In this document: one piece after another, positions 41,641-53,620 of the stretch
Layout of the letters: the number at the start of each line of letters is the position of its first letter
How positions within the stretch are numbered: position 1 is the stretch's first letter
DNA from: Lama glama
Taxonomy: Eukaryota
DNA length: 64,000 bases
Assembly (NCBI GenBank): GCA_028534125.1
Contig: CM052816.1
Span: 81,160,001 to 81,224,000, forward strand
Direction of reading: 5' to 3'
Made by a program: the position numbers and the translations under genes
Notes under the pieces: generated by a model
Databases searched by the model: none
Told to the model about the DNA's origin: nothing
The model's input: the letters and a program-made list of their open reading frames with translations, nothing else

Positions 41641-42591
41641 ATGGCAGCTCTTGTTATTACATTCCTTTCACTAACGAGTAAAAAGTACTATGCCGAATAA
41701 GTGTTCAACCAGTATTACATAAATTCATTGTGGAATGAAAGAAAGAATGAATTCAAAACCTGAAATGATACAGCTTATGCATACTTGGTTTGGAGTTACC
41801 TATTGTCCATTCATAACAGATCTTACTTAATCATGTTTCGAAATAGTGGCTTCCTTGGAGGAACCCTTGTGGCAATCACTTTGATACTGGCCCTGAATTC
41901 CCAAACTCGGATGTTTCCCGGTGAGCTTGAGACAAGAGCTTGTTCAATGTCCTGTCCCTTACATCGTGAAGCAAAGAGAACAAGGGCTTGTGTTTGCTGC
42001 CCACAGCTGCCCTACCCAGCTTTACGGTTTCCCCAGAAACTCAAGCGAAAGGGAGCAAGGGGAGACAGGGTAAGTCAGAGAGTGATTTTTAAAAAGGAAA
42101 AAATAGACGTGGCTGTGCAAAGGGGCTGGATTTTGAAGGTGAATGGGAGCAAACACAAATTGTATGGGAGCACAAAGAGGTTTGTACTGGAAGGAATGTA
42201 TTTAATGTCTAGATCGTGGATATTATCATAAATAATGAGAACAGAGTAGAATGTCCTAGTGGACTAAGTAGCCAGGCCATAAAAATGTCAGGCCCAGAGC
42301 TTAATGCTCGTGTCGAATTCAATAAACCTTTTTAAATATCTAGTGTGTCAAGGACAGTGGACTTTCTCTTGCTTAAGTCTCTCATATCAGACATCCATTT
42401 GTTTTGTCTGGGGGTATGACTTGACCCAAGCTATATTTAAATCTATGTGATAATCATGTTATAACAGTCAAATGTGCTATGTTTAAGAAAAACATTATCA
42501 AGACAAAAATATATCAAATTTCAAAAACATCTTTTAGAAATCATTTTCCTGGTGTTATTACATCACAGTATTAAAGAGTTTATACTCTAAT

Positions 42592-42727
42592 GGGGAGGGT
42601 ATAGCTCAGTAGTAGAGTGCGTGCTTAGCATGCACAAGGTCCTAGGTTCAATCCCCAGTACCATTAAAAATATGTGTATATAAATCTACTTGCCTCTCTC
42701 CCCAAAATTTTTTTATTAAAAAAATTT
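42592..42727 (+). mobile_element. tRNA-Ala-derived camelid-type SINE (Vic-1-like)
   Basis: ggggagggtatagctcagtagtagagtgcgtgcttagcatgcacaaggtcctaggttcaatcccc; 20-bp TSD ttaaagagttta(t/a)actctaa (42571-42590 / 42728-42747). Confidence 0.92.
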
Positions 42728-44139
42728 TTAAAGAGTTTAAACTCTAAATTAATCTGCATTAATCCATTAGAATATAAACCCCATGAGGGCTGGGATTTTT
42801 TTTTTCTTTAATCAGTATTCCCTCCTTCAAAAATGACATAGTAGGAGGCACTTGAAATTTTATCTCACCAATGATAAATCCAAAGAGTGCAAATTTGCAA
42901 TAAAACAAAATTTAGAAGACAAATAAAGCAGTTCAAGGAAAAAGATAATTCAAAGAGAAATTAGCTTTTATATATATATATATAAATCCGTATACATAAA
43001 CTTCCAGAATAATGTTTTAAACATTCAGATATCATCAGGTTGGATTTATGATTGTGCAAACAATATAGAAGGCAACGATCCTAAATACCAACTTCAAGAG
43101 ATCTTAACACATTAATATAGCAGCACCTCATCACTCATACCTAATTCTTGATTATTTTCCTTGCTAAGATATTGCAGTATCCTTTTAAAAAATTATTACA
43201 TTATCCTTTGTAATGCTGTGAGCAGGAATTCAAGGTGGTGAGGAAAATTTGTGTTACTACCTTGTGCAATGTAGTGAGATATAGTTTTTTCTTTCTTTCC
43301 AGCAAGTACATTCCATGAGGTATTAAATCTTGGATAGCTGATGCATGAGACTAAAATAGAATAGAATGCCATGAGGAAAACATCAGGAAAATTCTTGACA
43401 TTTGCCCTCCCGTATTTTTGGTGACCATGTTGTGACATCAAATTTCGTCCTGACATTAGTAGAGAAAACTGTTCCATCAAGCTAACATTGTTACTTTTCA
43501 ATTGTTGGTAACTCCTTTGACGGTAAATTTTTTCATTTTCTCTTCATCCATCCTACAAAAATATCCCCTTTTCAGTCTTTGTGTGCTTTTTCCCTACTGA
43601 CTGCCTGGGGAAAATGGTAAGGATTATTTTAGCCTGAATCCTGAAGACTTGAAGACTCTTGGAAGTCTGGATGTAAGATATGGAAACAGCTTTCTACTTG
43701 GGCAATTTCTTGTATGCAAGTGTATGTAAGTGTACAAATTGTCTCAAACTGCAAATCATTCATGTACTAGTGAATCACTTTGGGGTTTTTTTTTAACCTC
43801 AGATACAAATTTTTTAATTAACCATAGCCTCAGTTCTTGGCACATTCATGATCAATGTATGACATTCTTGTTTTATTTTAACTTTTCCCCTTCATTGCTC
43901 TCTTTATATTCCTTTCACTCCATAGGATCCTCTTTAAGTGTTTAATTTACACCATAGATAAGTATATATTCTTGAAAGACAGCGTCTCTTCTGTATGCAT
44001 ATGTTATTCCAATATAGAAACTGTCTTATGCTATTTCTTATTTTCACGGAGAGTACCAGGGATAGATCTTAACAAAACTATTAGGTGAAAAATCTACATC
44101 ATTACTTTCATTTTGTTTAATTTTTAGAATTGGTCATCT

Positions 44140-44735
44140 CTTTTTCCCAACTTTATTGAAGAATTTGTCAAATATAATTATACATATTTAAAGTGTACAT
44201 GATGTGATATACATTTTGGAATAGTTACCAAGATCAAGATAATTAGCATATACTTCACTTCATATAGGCTATTACTTTGCACGTGTGTGCACGTGTGGCA
44301 AGAATGCTTAAAATCTACTCAACAACATTCAGGTGTACAATACGAGAATGTACATTTGATCCTCAGAGCTTACTCTTCTTACAACTGAAGGTGTACCCTT
44401 TGACCTGCATTTCCTAATCCCCCTCCCCCCAGCACCTGGCAACCACTATCCTAGTCTGTTTTTATGGAATTTGCTTTTTTTTTTCATTCCACATGTGATA
44501 GCATACACTCTGCCTGGCTTATTTCACTTAACATAATGTCCTCTAGTTTCATCCATGTTGTCACAAATGGCAGGATTTCCTTTTTAACAGCTGAATGATA
44601 TTCCACCGTATAATCACTGTAACACATACACGTATATATCACATTACTCATTCATTTGTTGAAGGACATTTAGGTTGTTTCTGTATCTTTGCTATTGTGA
44701 GTAATGCTGTAATGAACATAAGAGTGCTTTTTTTT
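44140..44735 (-). mobile_element. L1MA-type 3' remnant
   Basis: 'gcctggcttatttcacttaacataatgtcctctagtttcatccatgttgtcacaaatggcaggatttcc...ggacatttaggttgttt'. Confidence 0.8.
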
Positions 44736-44826
44736 TTAATTCTTAAATCCACAGCCTTATGCTTGGGGGTATGACCAACCCATAACCCTGACCCAAGCCA
44801 TAACTTCTCTGAGCAATAGCCAATAT

Positions 44827-45290
44827 GTCTGTTTTCTGTTTCTGCATAAAGGACTACCATGACTTAAGACAGCAACCATGTATTTACTCATGATTCTGCC
44901 ACTGAGTTCAGCTGGGTGGTTCTTCTGGTTTTCTTCATCTAGGATTTCTCACATGACTACAATCACCTGGAAGTTCATCTAGAGCTGGAAGATCCAAGAT
45001 GGCATCACCCACATGCCTGGATATTAGCTGGGGTTACCGGCTAGAAAGTCTCAGGTCTCATCTATACAACCTATCCAACATGATGGCCTGGATTTCTGAC
45101 ACAGAGGCGACCCAAGATTGCAAGTCCCAGAGCAAGAACACATATCAAGTCTCTTGACATTTGCTGATGTCTCATTGGCCAGAGCATGTCACATGGCCAA
45201 GCCCAGAGTCAGTGTGGGAAGGCGATACATAAGGGAGTGAGTATAGGATGCATGATTCGTTGGTGGCCATTAAAATAACAATCTACCATG
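44827..45290 (-). mobile_element. MaLR (MLT1-type) LTR
   Basis: 'tttactcatgattctg...tcagctgggtggttcttctgg...tcattggccagagcatgtcacatggccaagcccagagtcagtgtgggaagg...aatctacca'. Confidence 0.75.
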
Positions 45291-45749
45291 CTAGTAGACA
45301 GTTCTACAACATATGACCCTAAAATGGTGAGTCATACCTAGGAAAGAGGTATGACTCCCTGGCCAAAAACTGAAACCAAATAGGACAAACCTGGAGAAGT
45401 ATTTGGTTCTTCTGGCTTGAGCCAGCCTGGAAGACTGAGGGGGCACCAAGGTGATAGATTCTAAGGTGACGATTCGCTGCGGATTCTGGAGAGAAACTCA
45501 AAGTACAGACAAAATACAGGCAATGTGGCGTTGGGTTTTTGGCAGTTCTTTAAAGCTAGAGGACATCTACTGAATAGGGCTGATCCTTTGATTTTTCTGC
45601 CCTCCAGCTGCAAGAAGAGCCAACTTATATGCTGCCAGAAAGGCCCTCTGTCTTTCATACTTAACCTTTAATTAATAATATCTCAGTTTTTCATTATCTT
45701 ACTCTATTTCATTAATTTTCCCCAAGAATAACCATCCAATTTCACAGTT

Positions 45750-46410
45750 CTTCTAATTATTACTTCCACCAAATTTCTCAAACATCAGTGGTATTGCCCC
45801 TACCTCTGCACTCCTTTCCACAATCCACCAATAAATTCCTTTCCATTGGTATGCATCCCAATATGCCAGCGATGAACGTTTCAATGAATGCATCGCTACA
45901 AACCAGGGGTGATCAGTGTTCCACATGCCAGAAGTGATCCTGTCCTCATTGCCAGTCAGCTGGCAGGTGATCCTGCTCCAAAATCTCATTGTAGGGTCAG
46001 CTTCCTCAAACCACACCTGGCATCTACTGTCACAGATGTGGTTCTCTGGGAAACATACCCTAAGAGAAGATTTGCATGCAGAAAGTTTCTTGGTAAATGT
46101 TCTCATGATGAACATCTGTAGGGGAGTGAAGGCAGGAGAATTAGGCAGAGGGAGGGGTTGAGCTGCAATGCAATCCCGCCTAGAGTCCTGGAGCTGGAAT
46201 GCCCAAATTTGAAGCAAGGTGTCCAAATTCACCTTGAAGGCTGACCCCAGGGAAAGGCATGACCTTGGATGAAGTGTCTTTCTTCAACTGAATGCAATTC
46301 CTAGAGAGCAACTCAGCTGACCTCTCTCAGCTACCAACATTCCCAGCAACTGGTGGAATGAGTGTCTCTGCCATAAAGTGGGGATCTGGAAAGCACACGA
46401 CATTCAGGAC
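45750..46410 (-). mobile_element. ERVL LTR (LTR16-like, ~46028-46410) with adjoining primer-binding site and gag 5' remnant
   Basis: LTR16-type sequence; minus-strand junction 'gaca gtagatgccaggtgtgg' resembles a Leu PBS; ORF reads MRFWSRITCQLTGNEDRITSGMWNTDHPW, like ERVL gag N-termini. Confidence 0.65.
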
Positions 46411-46532
46411 AGCCAGGGAGACATCACAAGTGAAATGGCCTCTTCAGTATCAACAGGAACTAGAGAAGCTGGAAGCCAAGAAGGAGTACTTAACCATCAG
46501 AGGTAAAGTAGAAACACATGATTACTATTATA

Positions 46533-46706
46533 CAGGACCAAGGCTAGGGTGACGCAATCAAGGCACATAAAACACAAAATTTAAGGAGACATTTACTCTC
46601 AAGGTTGCGCCAGTGAAGGACTCGTCACCCGTTACCCTGACCATGAGTGCCTCCTTAGATTTTGTATCCTAGGCATCTTGCTTGCCTTACCTTCCTCCCA
46701 TTCCTG
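46533..46706. mobile_element. hAT-Tip100 MITE (MER96-like)
   Basis: cagg...cctg termini, internal inverted arms (aaaatttaaggagaca / tgcctccttagatttt) and perfect 8-bp TSD ctattata (46525-46532 / 46707-46714), diagnostic of hAT. Confidence 0.85.
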
Positions 46707-47649
46707 CTATTATAGACAGTAAAGTCATCACTGTAATCAAAGTGGTCTGATCCATGTAAACTTTTCATTTATTATTTGGTCCCTGGAATAAAAAAATAAA
46801 ATTAAACTGCCAAGATCCTACTTGATTTGAATAAAAAAGACAAAGTCCTAAGAGTAGCTTGAGAGTAGCAACACTTAACCCAATTTTCAGTCCTGAATCT
46901 ATTCACAGAGTCAGCAAAGAAAAGTCTGGGTTCCACTGAGGAAAGAAGCAATCAGAAGTAACACTACAAGTACTGTGACTCTTCTTCTGACTCTTCTCCA
47001 AAGGGACCTTTAGCTATTCATCAGTATAATCATGCACTAGGAAGAAAGGAAAATAACCAAAACTTTGAAAAACTATTGTGACAGTGAATCTAGTGTAATT
47101 CCAACTCCCAGAGCTCCCAGATTATCACTGCAGTCTACCAATCACAGTAGAGATAACAGAAGACGTATGATGTGCTGACCTTTTTTTCAACCTTATCCAC
47201 CTCACCAGCGGTCCAATGAGACTGCCATACCATCTGTGATTACTGAAAATACAGATACCCTCAGCAACTAAAGAATACTAGCACTGGCTTCCCAATCCAT
47301 GAGATAAGAACTATTTTAGCAGACAAGATCAAGCAGAACCTCAAGAGTTTCCCTTTCTTTCTAAAATTATAAACCAAAAGCACTTCTGCATTTCTGAGAA
47401 ATTACTAAGATTGGAGGCATCATGAACTAATTTTTGTATGTGAGGAAAGAGGATGATTCCTGTCACACGTCCATTGATATGTCCAGTATGTCTGAATGAA
47501 AAGAGATTAATTCTGGGGAAATGACAGTGAATTGTTTGATGTTAAATCAGGTGGAGACAGAATTTGTAGTTGTTCAAGCACATGTGAGCAAACCCAGCAG
47601 CCCCCTGGAAACTGTTACGCAGCTACTGACATAAGTTATTTCTCCAATC

Positions 47650-47855
47650 CGGGAGTTAGCAAACTTTTTCTATAAAGGGCACAGATGGTAAATATTTCAG
47701 ACTTTCCAGGCCAAATAGTATCTGTCTCAACTACTCAACTCTGCCATTGTAGCATGAAAGCAGCCACAGACAACCCATAAGTGAATGGATATTACTGTGT
47801 TCCAGTAAAATTTGGTTTACAAGAACAGTCAGAAAGCTGTAATTTGCTGGTGCCA
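47650..47855. mobile_element. MER58A-like hAT-Charlie MITE inside the ERVL RT region
   Basis: 'gcaaactttttctataaagggc...caactactcaactctgccattgtagcatgaaagcagccacagacaa...tgtgttccagtaaaa'. Confidence 0.85.
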
Positions 47856-48226
47856 GCAAAAACCTAACAAATTAAAAACTCCAGATTAAGTTTCTTTGAT
47901 CTGGCAAGGAAAGCAGTATACTTTTATGATAGCACCTCAGGTGTACTTCAGCCCCCTAGCTTGAAACATAATTAATTTTGCAGGGACCTTGACTATCTTA
48001 ATATCTCATAGGTCATCACACTGATCAAGTACTTTGTAACATAGTAAGGGTATCTGGAAACATAAAATGACAAATACCATTAACATCAACTAAAAGTAGA
48101 CTCTGGAGTTACAGCCTCCTCCTCACCCCTACATCCAAGTGGCCTTGAAGGACAATGGGAAAGATTTTACCCATCTACTTTACCTGGAAAGAGATATTAC
48201 CTGAGTAGGAACATTTGATTTATGTA

Positions 48227-49203
48227 TATGGCAGACTGCTAATTGCTTTCCAAAATCCACTGTTCCCTTCATCCTTAGTGATTCCAACTGGGCACATTGC
48301 TTGATGTGGACTTGTGATTAATGATGAGATGCAAGCAGCAACATCATGTGTCACTTCCAGAAAAGTTTATAAAAGAAATGAAAGTTTGCTATTCCCCCAC
48401 CCCTTCTTCCTTTCCCCAGTTAGAAGGTAAACATGATGTCTAGAGCTTTAGAAGCTATCTTAGAGCAAGAGATGAGGATCACACCTAAATAAGATGAGGC
48501 AGTGTGCGCCCCAGTGTTCACAGCAGCACTATTTACAATAGCCAAGACATGGAAGCAAACTAAATGTCCATCGACAAATAAATGGATAAAGAAGTTGTGG
48601 TATATTTATATAATGGAATACTACTCAGCCATAGAAAAGAATAAAATAATGCCACTTGCAGCAATAGGGATGGACCTAGAGATCATCATTCTAAGTGAAG
48701 TAAGCCAGAAAGAGAAAGAAAAATACCATATGATGTCACTCATATGTGGAATCTCAAAAAAGAAAAAAGAAGACTGTAATGAACTCATCTACAAAGCAGA
48801 AATAGACTCATCGACAATCTTATGGTGACTGGGGGAAAGGTTGTGGGAAGGGATAAATTTGGGAGTTCAAGATTTGCAAATATAAACTACTATATACAAA
48901 AATAGATTAAAAAACAAATTTCTTCTGTATAGCACAGGGAACTGTATTCAATATCTTATAATAGCCTTTAACAAAAAAGAATATTAAAATAAATATATGT
49001 ATGTGTATGTATGACTGGGACAGTATCCTGTACACCAGAAACTGACACTTTGTAATTGACTATACTTCAATCAAAAGGAAAAAAAAAAACAGATGAGGCA
49101 GCGATAACCCTGGGTGGTCCAGCTCAAGACTTCTTTAAGTAATAAACTTCTTTCTACATTGAGTTTCTCTGTTCCATGCAGCTGACCTTAATCTAAATTC
49201 ACA
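48227..49203 (+). mobile_element. MaLR (MLT1-type) LTR inserted in ERVL pol, itself split by an L1
   Basis: 'tggcagactgctaattg...gatgtctagagctttagaagctatctt' upstream of the L1 and 'aataaacttc...tgcagctgaccttaatctaaattcaca' downstream. Confidence 0.65.
48503..49090 (+). mobile_element. Lineage-specific L1 3' fragment (ORF2 C-terminus + 3'UTR + polyA)
   Basis: Translates CAPVFTAALFTIAKTWKQTKCPSTNKWIKKLWYIYIMEYYSAI... (L1 ORF2p C-terminus); exact 11-bp TSD agatgaggcag (48492-48502 / 49091-49101). Confidence 0.95.
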
Positions 49204-50089
49204 TGATGGGAAAAGACTAATGGAATGACCCCACAGTCAGAGTTTTGGTCAGAAAAATATTTGAAGATCGCAGACAGATTTGGGGACAAGGTATATTGAT
49301 AGACATTTTGAATGGGCCTAGAGTGTGAGAATATTTCTGTTCCATGTCAATGCTCAGCAGAAAGTTCCTAGCCTGGAGAACACTCTGAGTTATCATGTGG
49401 GAAAGTTGTCTTGGTCTAGCAGCTTCCTTCCCCAGCCACTCCATGGCTGTTCAAAGGACGCAGGAACAAAGGGCCCATGCTGGCAGGAATGGAGGTAATG
49501 CCTCAGTTCCACAAAATTGACCTTGCTTTGGCAAAACTGACTTAGCTACTGTTATTGTGAGTACCCAGCTTGCCAGCAGCAGGGCCCAACCTTGAGATCA
49601 CCATTCTTTGGGTGAACCATCCACCTCTCTGAAGGGAAGGTAACTACACTGGACCCCTTTCTCCAGGTAGCAACGTATTTTCACTGGAATGTATATTTAT
49701 TCTGTATTTGGACTGATTTCCTTATTCACAGTGCTTCTGCTGGCTCCACTGTCTATGGCGTTACTGTCATGGTCTCCTTCTCACCATTACTTCCAACCAG
49801 GGAATTAACTTCACAATGAAAACAGGTAGGTAATAATCTCATTGCATAAAAATCACATTTGGGTGGCCATAGACATATTTTCGTCACATAAAATCCAGGA
49901 GGCCCCTTGTTTCAGGCTACTATTCAAAGACGATGAGGCAAAATAATAGATTGTTTTCTTCTTTTGAACAAGGAAAAACCATGAAGACCCAGTTAAAAAA
50001 CAAGGAAAATAAAAATAAATTGCAATACACAAAAGGCATTCTGTATTATAGGAAAAAAAAAATCTTTGCCCACACAGTGTACAGAGCCT

Positions 50090-50600
50090 CAGGGCTTGGG
50101 CAACCCTAAAACCTCAGATGCACAGCAACCCTGCATGGACATTGCTGTAAACTGGGAGAGTGTGCTAAGGATAAGCACAGAATTGGGTCCCCAGGGAGCT
50201 TTAGAATGTTTACGGTTAAGAAGCGAAGGAGAAAGTATGGCCAGAGCCTTTACTGTGGTTTTTGAGGGGAGGGATGGATGAGACAGGATTGGCAAGTTTG
50301 AGCAAGCTCTGAATTGAATAATTTGAATAATTTTGTAGGGCTGTGGGCTGTAAGGGTGGTCTCCAGTTGTCTAGTCCCTGATTTAGGGCAGGGAAATATT
50401 GGTTTTGTGTGACTTAAGTAAAGGATGTGGCAGGGGATAAGGTCTTTGGATGACTTAGTGTGCAGATGAAAGTTCCACTCACAGGAGAGTCGTTCACTCT
50501 CTCTAGGAATCAGCTCACCCTGGGAAGGGCAGTCTCTCCCTAGCCAGTGAGACCTCCCCAAGATGTCAAAGCATCATAAAATATAGAAAATAAAGGTCAA
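50090..50600. mobile_element. ERVL-class LTR remnant (MER74/MER54-like)
   Basis: 'ctctaggaatcagctcaccctgggaagggcagtctctccctagcc...ccccaagatgtcaaagcatcataaaatatagaaaataaa'. Confidence 0.55.
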
Positions 50601-50863
50601 CTATTAGGTAAGTTGTTCTTAGGCAGACTTAACCAAAACCAGGATATCATAGTAGAACAGCTATTTGATAGTAAGTCATATGGGAAAAAAACCAAGAGGA
50701 AACCTGTGTCATCTGTAGATTTTACACGTGATTCTGTCCCAGACATTGCTCAGTGCTGGTGGAATATGTTTCTGAACTAATCACCTAAACCACAGAAGCA
50801 TAATTAAGTTCAGGAATTTTAACATTATTGTAAAACTTCTCCCCAATTTAAAAGGTATATATA

Positions 50864-51004
50864 GGGGGGAGGGTGTAGCTCAGTGGTAGAGTGCATACCT
50901 AGCATGCACGAGGTCCTGGGTTCAGTCCCCAGTACCTCCATTTTAAATAAACAAATAAACCTAATTACCTCCCCACGAAACAAACAAAAAAATTTTAATG
51001 AAAA
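50864..51004 (+). mobile_element. tRNA-Ala-derived camelid-type SINE (best-preserved copy)
   Basis: ggggggagggtgtagctcagtggtagagtgcatacctagcatgcacgaggtcctgggttcagtccccagtacctcca...aaacctaattacctcccc; TSD taaaa(g/t)gtatatata. Confidence 0.92.
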
Positions 51005-53419
51005 TAAAATGTATATATATTTCTTTCCATGTTAATATTTTTTCATTTAAAGATATGTTACTTTTTTGATAAGAGTTTTCTTTCTTTTCTAGGTTGTGGT
51101 TTAGTTTAACAGAACAAAAATTTAAATATGTTGATTAGCAAAACCTATCATAATATCTAGAAACAAAACAATCTAAACTTCCAAAGAGAAGAGTTTTCTA
51201 TGCATTGAAACATGAAACAGATGTTTAAAATATTGTTGCTGAAGAATAACGAGTATTTTCAATATACTTAATAAAAATGTAAGTTACAAAATTCTGTGCT
51301 CTGGGTGATCAGCTTTTCTGAAGACAAAAAAAAAGTATTCACATGCATTAAAGAAAAAAAGAAAAAGGCCAGGAGGATATGGGAAGATATCCACCAGGGT
51401 ACGATCCACAGTTATACATACAGGTTGTAAGGTTATAGTTGATTTATTTTCTTCTTTCTCCATATTGTGTTCTTGAAATTTCTTTAATAACTATGTATTA
51501 TTTTATAAAAGTGAGAAAATAAAAATAATTTTTATTTTTATTATACTGGAATTTCTTTTTCCAAAGAAATTTTCCCCTACAGCTGGTTATGCTGGATCAC
51601 AAGGCTTCAGTGGCAGGGCAGGTGGGGTCACAACCTGCTGCAGAGCCACTTCTCACTCCAGGTGGCACCCTATGGGTTCCCCAGATGGGATATGCCTCCA
51701 AAATCCACAGGCTCACTAAGCTTTGTACCTTATTCTTGGCAGTGAGCAGGGCAGGGTGCAACATGTAGAAGGAGTTGTAGAAGGAGTATCCACAAATATT
51801 CAGATCGCTGGACTCTAGAAATTCACTAAGATGGCAAAGACATCATCTTTCTTGGGGTTTATTTTTCATGCTGGGTCATGCATGTGCTGGTAAAGACATC
51901 GAAGGACTTTTCTACTTCCTGACCAACAAGTCCCATTAGCGTAATTCCATCTACTATGGGACATCAAAATGATCGCTATTTCTCCAAACTATGTTGTGAT
52001 AGAGAGCAAGAGAATTGACAGGGCCTCAGACTGAGCGAATGGGGTGGAATATATATTCCAAACACCTTGGAAAATACGCCAGGCTGCCACACCACGGCTG
52101 AGTCTAGATTTTGATCAGCCAATTTAGCACACTAAAGCCAACACAAGAAATCTGCAATCCTGCAGGAGAGCTCCAGTGTTAATACATTCAAGCCAGAAGA
52201 GCTTGGTGTCCTGTTTGGTCTAACACCTTTCAAATCCACTCTTACCTGTGCTCCCCCAGACTCTTGCCAACCCCTATCAGTGACATCTTGTAACAATATA
52301 TTAACTCTCTCTTCTAAGACTCTCCATCAGGGCTCTGTTGGGTTTTAACTCTTGTTACAGGCCTACAGGCAATGAGTGGTGACATAAGTTTGGGAGGCAA
52401 TCACCGGCTGTTTCCATATTAAAGGCTTTTAGGAGAGGAAGGCTTGTTCCCTCGAGGGGGGAGATGGGTAAGGTTTCCTCTGCTGGCAAAGGAATTAAGA
52501 GGAATTTACAGGTTCAAAGTTCTCAGCCTTGTCCTAATGTCTTCTGGCCACGGCTTATGTCCCACTCCAGCCCCACCAGTGTCCTCACCCTAGGGTAAGA
52601 AGCCTAGAAAGCTTAAGCATTTAATTGGCGCTGTAACTCACCATCCTTAACCCCTCAGCTGCATCGACACAGAAGTTATAAAAGATGGAAGATGCCTTCA
52701 AAGCTATGTGGAGGCCTTCTGGTTCCTTGTGTGCGTTCTTATGTCCATAGCTTTTCATTTCTCTCATTTCGCCTAGGGTTCTCAGAAGAAACCATGTGAC
52801 CACACCATCTTTACAAATACTGCCATTACCATAGCAACCAAGTCTCACTGCCACTTGATCCCTGCACGCCTTGCCCTCCACCTGCACTGCACTCCTTGAT
52901 GCCACACAGTTATGCCACAAATTACCCATGGCCCCTACTCCCCTCACCTCTGTCAAGAAAGTAATCTCTCTGCCTCTTGAACAGACGCACAACCCAATAC
53001 CCAAATCCTGTTTCAAGGGTCTGTTTTCCAAGTATAAAGTGAATTCATATAAATTACAGTTGGGTGTTGTCCCTTAGTTCAATAATCCCACAGAGAAGGC
53101 CAGAAATGAAACAGCGATGACAACCATTCCCTTATGTTTCACAGGCTGGATCATATTACGTCACTTTTCAGTCTCAAATCTCTACTCGGTCATTCCTTGG
53201 CCACTGTCTCTTCTCTAATCATCCTCACTTGACTATTCATGAAGCATTTCCTTGGGGGGCACTTAATTCCTTGCTTCCTACCTGAAGTAGAATATCAGTG
53301 TACAGCTTCAAACAAAGTCAATGTTTTTCCAAAGAGAATATGAATGGATTTAGTTTCTTTTATTATCTTTGCAGCCCCAGCATGAAGCTCAATGACCAAC
53401 TCATAAAACATATCACAAT

Positions 53420-53620
53420 TATAAAATAATCTTTATTTTTTGAATGTTTACTAGATGGTTTATATATCTTATCTCATTTAACCTTAACAGCAATACCGTG
53501 TGGTATGTACTGTCGTTATTTCCAATTTATCTATGAGGAAACTGAGGCTTAGAGAGTTAGTAACATGCTCAAGGTCACACAGCTGGTAAGTCAAAGAACC
53601 AGCTCTATTTGACATTAAAG
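53420..53620. mobile_element. MIR SINE remnant
   Basis: 'atctcatttaacctt...tgaggaaactgaggcttagagagtt...tgctcaaggtcacacagctggtaagt'. Confidence 0.8.

Larger units (their letters stand above)
46720..49900 (+). mobile_element. Fossil ERVL internal region (protease-RT-RNaseH-integrase), broken by later insertions
   Basis: Degenerate motifs in correct order: 'gaaatgacagtgaattgt...ttaaatcaggtgg' (MTVDY..LNQV), 'tggcaaggaaagcagtatactttt...cctcagg' (WQG.QYTF..PQG), 'catgtcaatgctcagcag' (HVNA.Q), 'gcttgccagcagcag' (CQQQ), 'aactacactggacccctt' (DY.GPL), 'tccaaccagggaattaacttc' (SDQG..F). Confidence 0.7.

Noticed and set aside
45753..46232. 159-aa ORF as a domesticated gag gene
   Set aside because: Starts inside LTR sequence at a non-ATG codon, covers only a short gag N-terminal remnant that appears frameshifted, and shows no sign of preservation.
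48502..48828. 108-aa ORF as a host gene
   Set aside because: It is the L1 ORF2p C-terminus in a 5'-truncated insertion; the same applies to 16357-16782 and 44648-44860.
50864..50940. tRNA-Ala-like sequences (this and six other copies) as tRNA genes
   Set aside because: Mismatched stems, shared non-tRNA 3' block, A-rich tails and TSDs identify them as SINEs.
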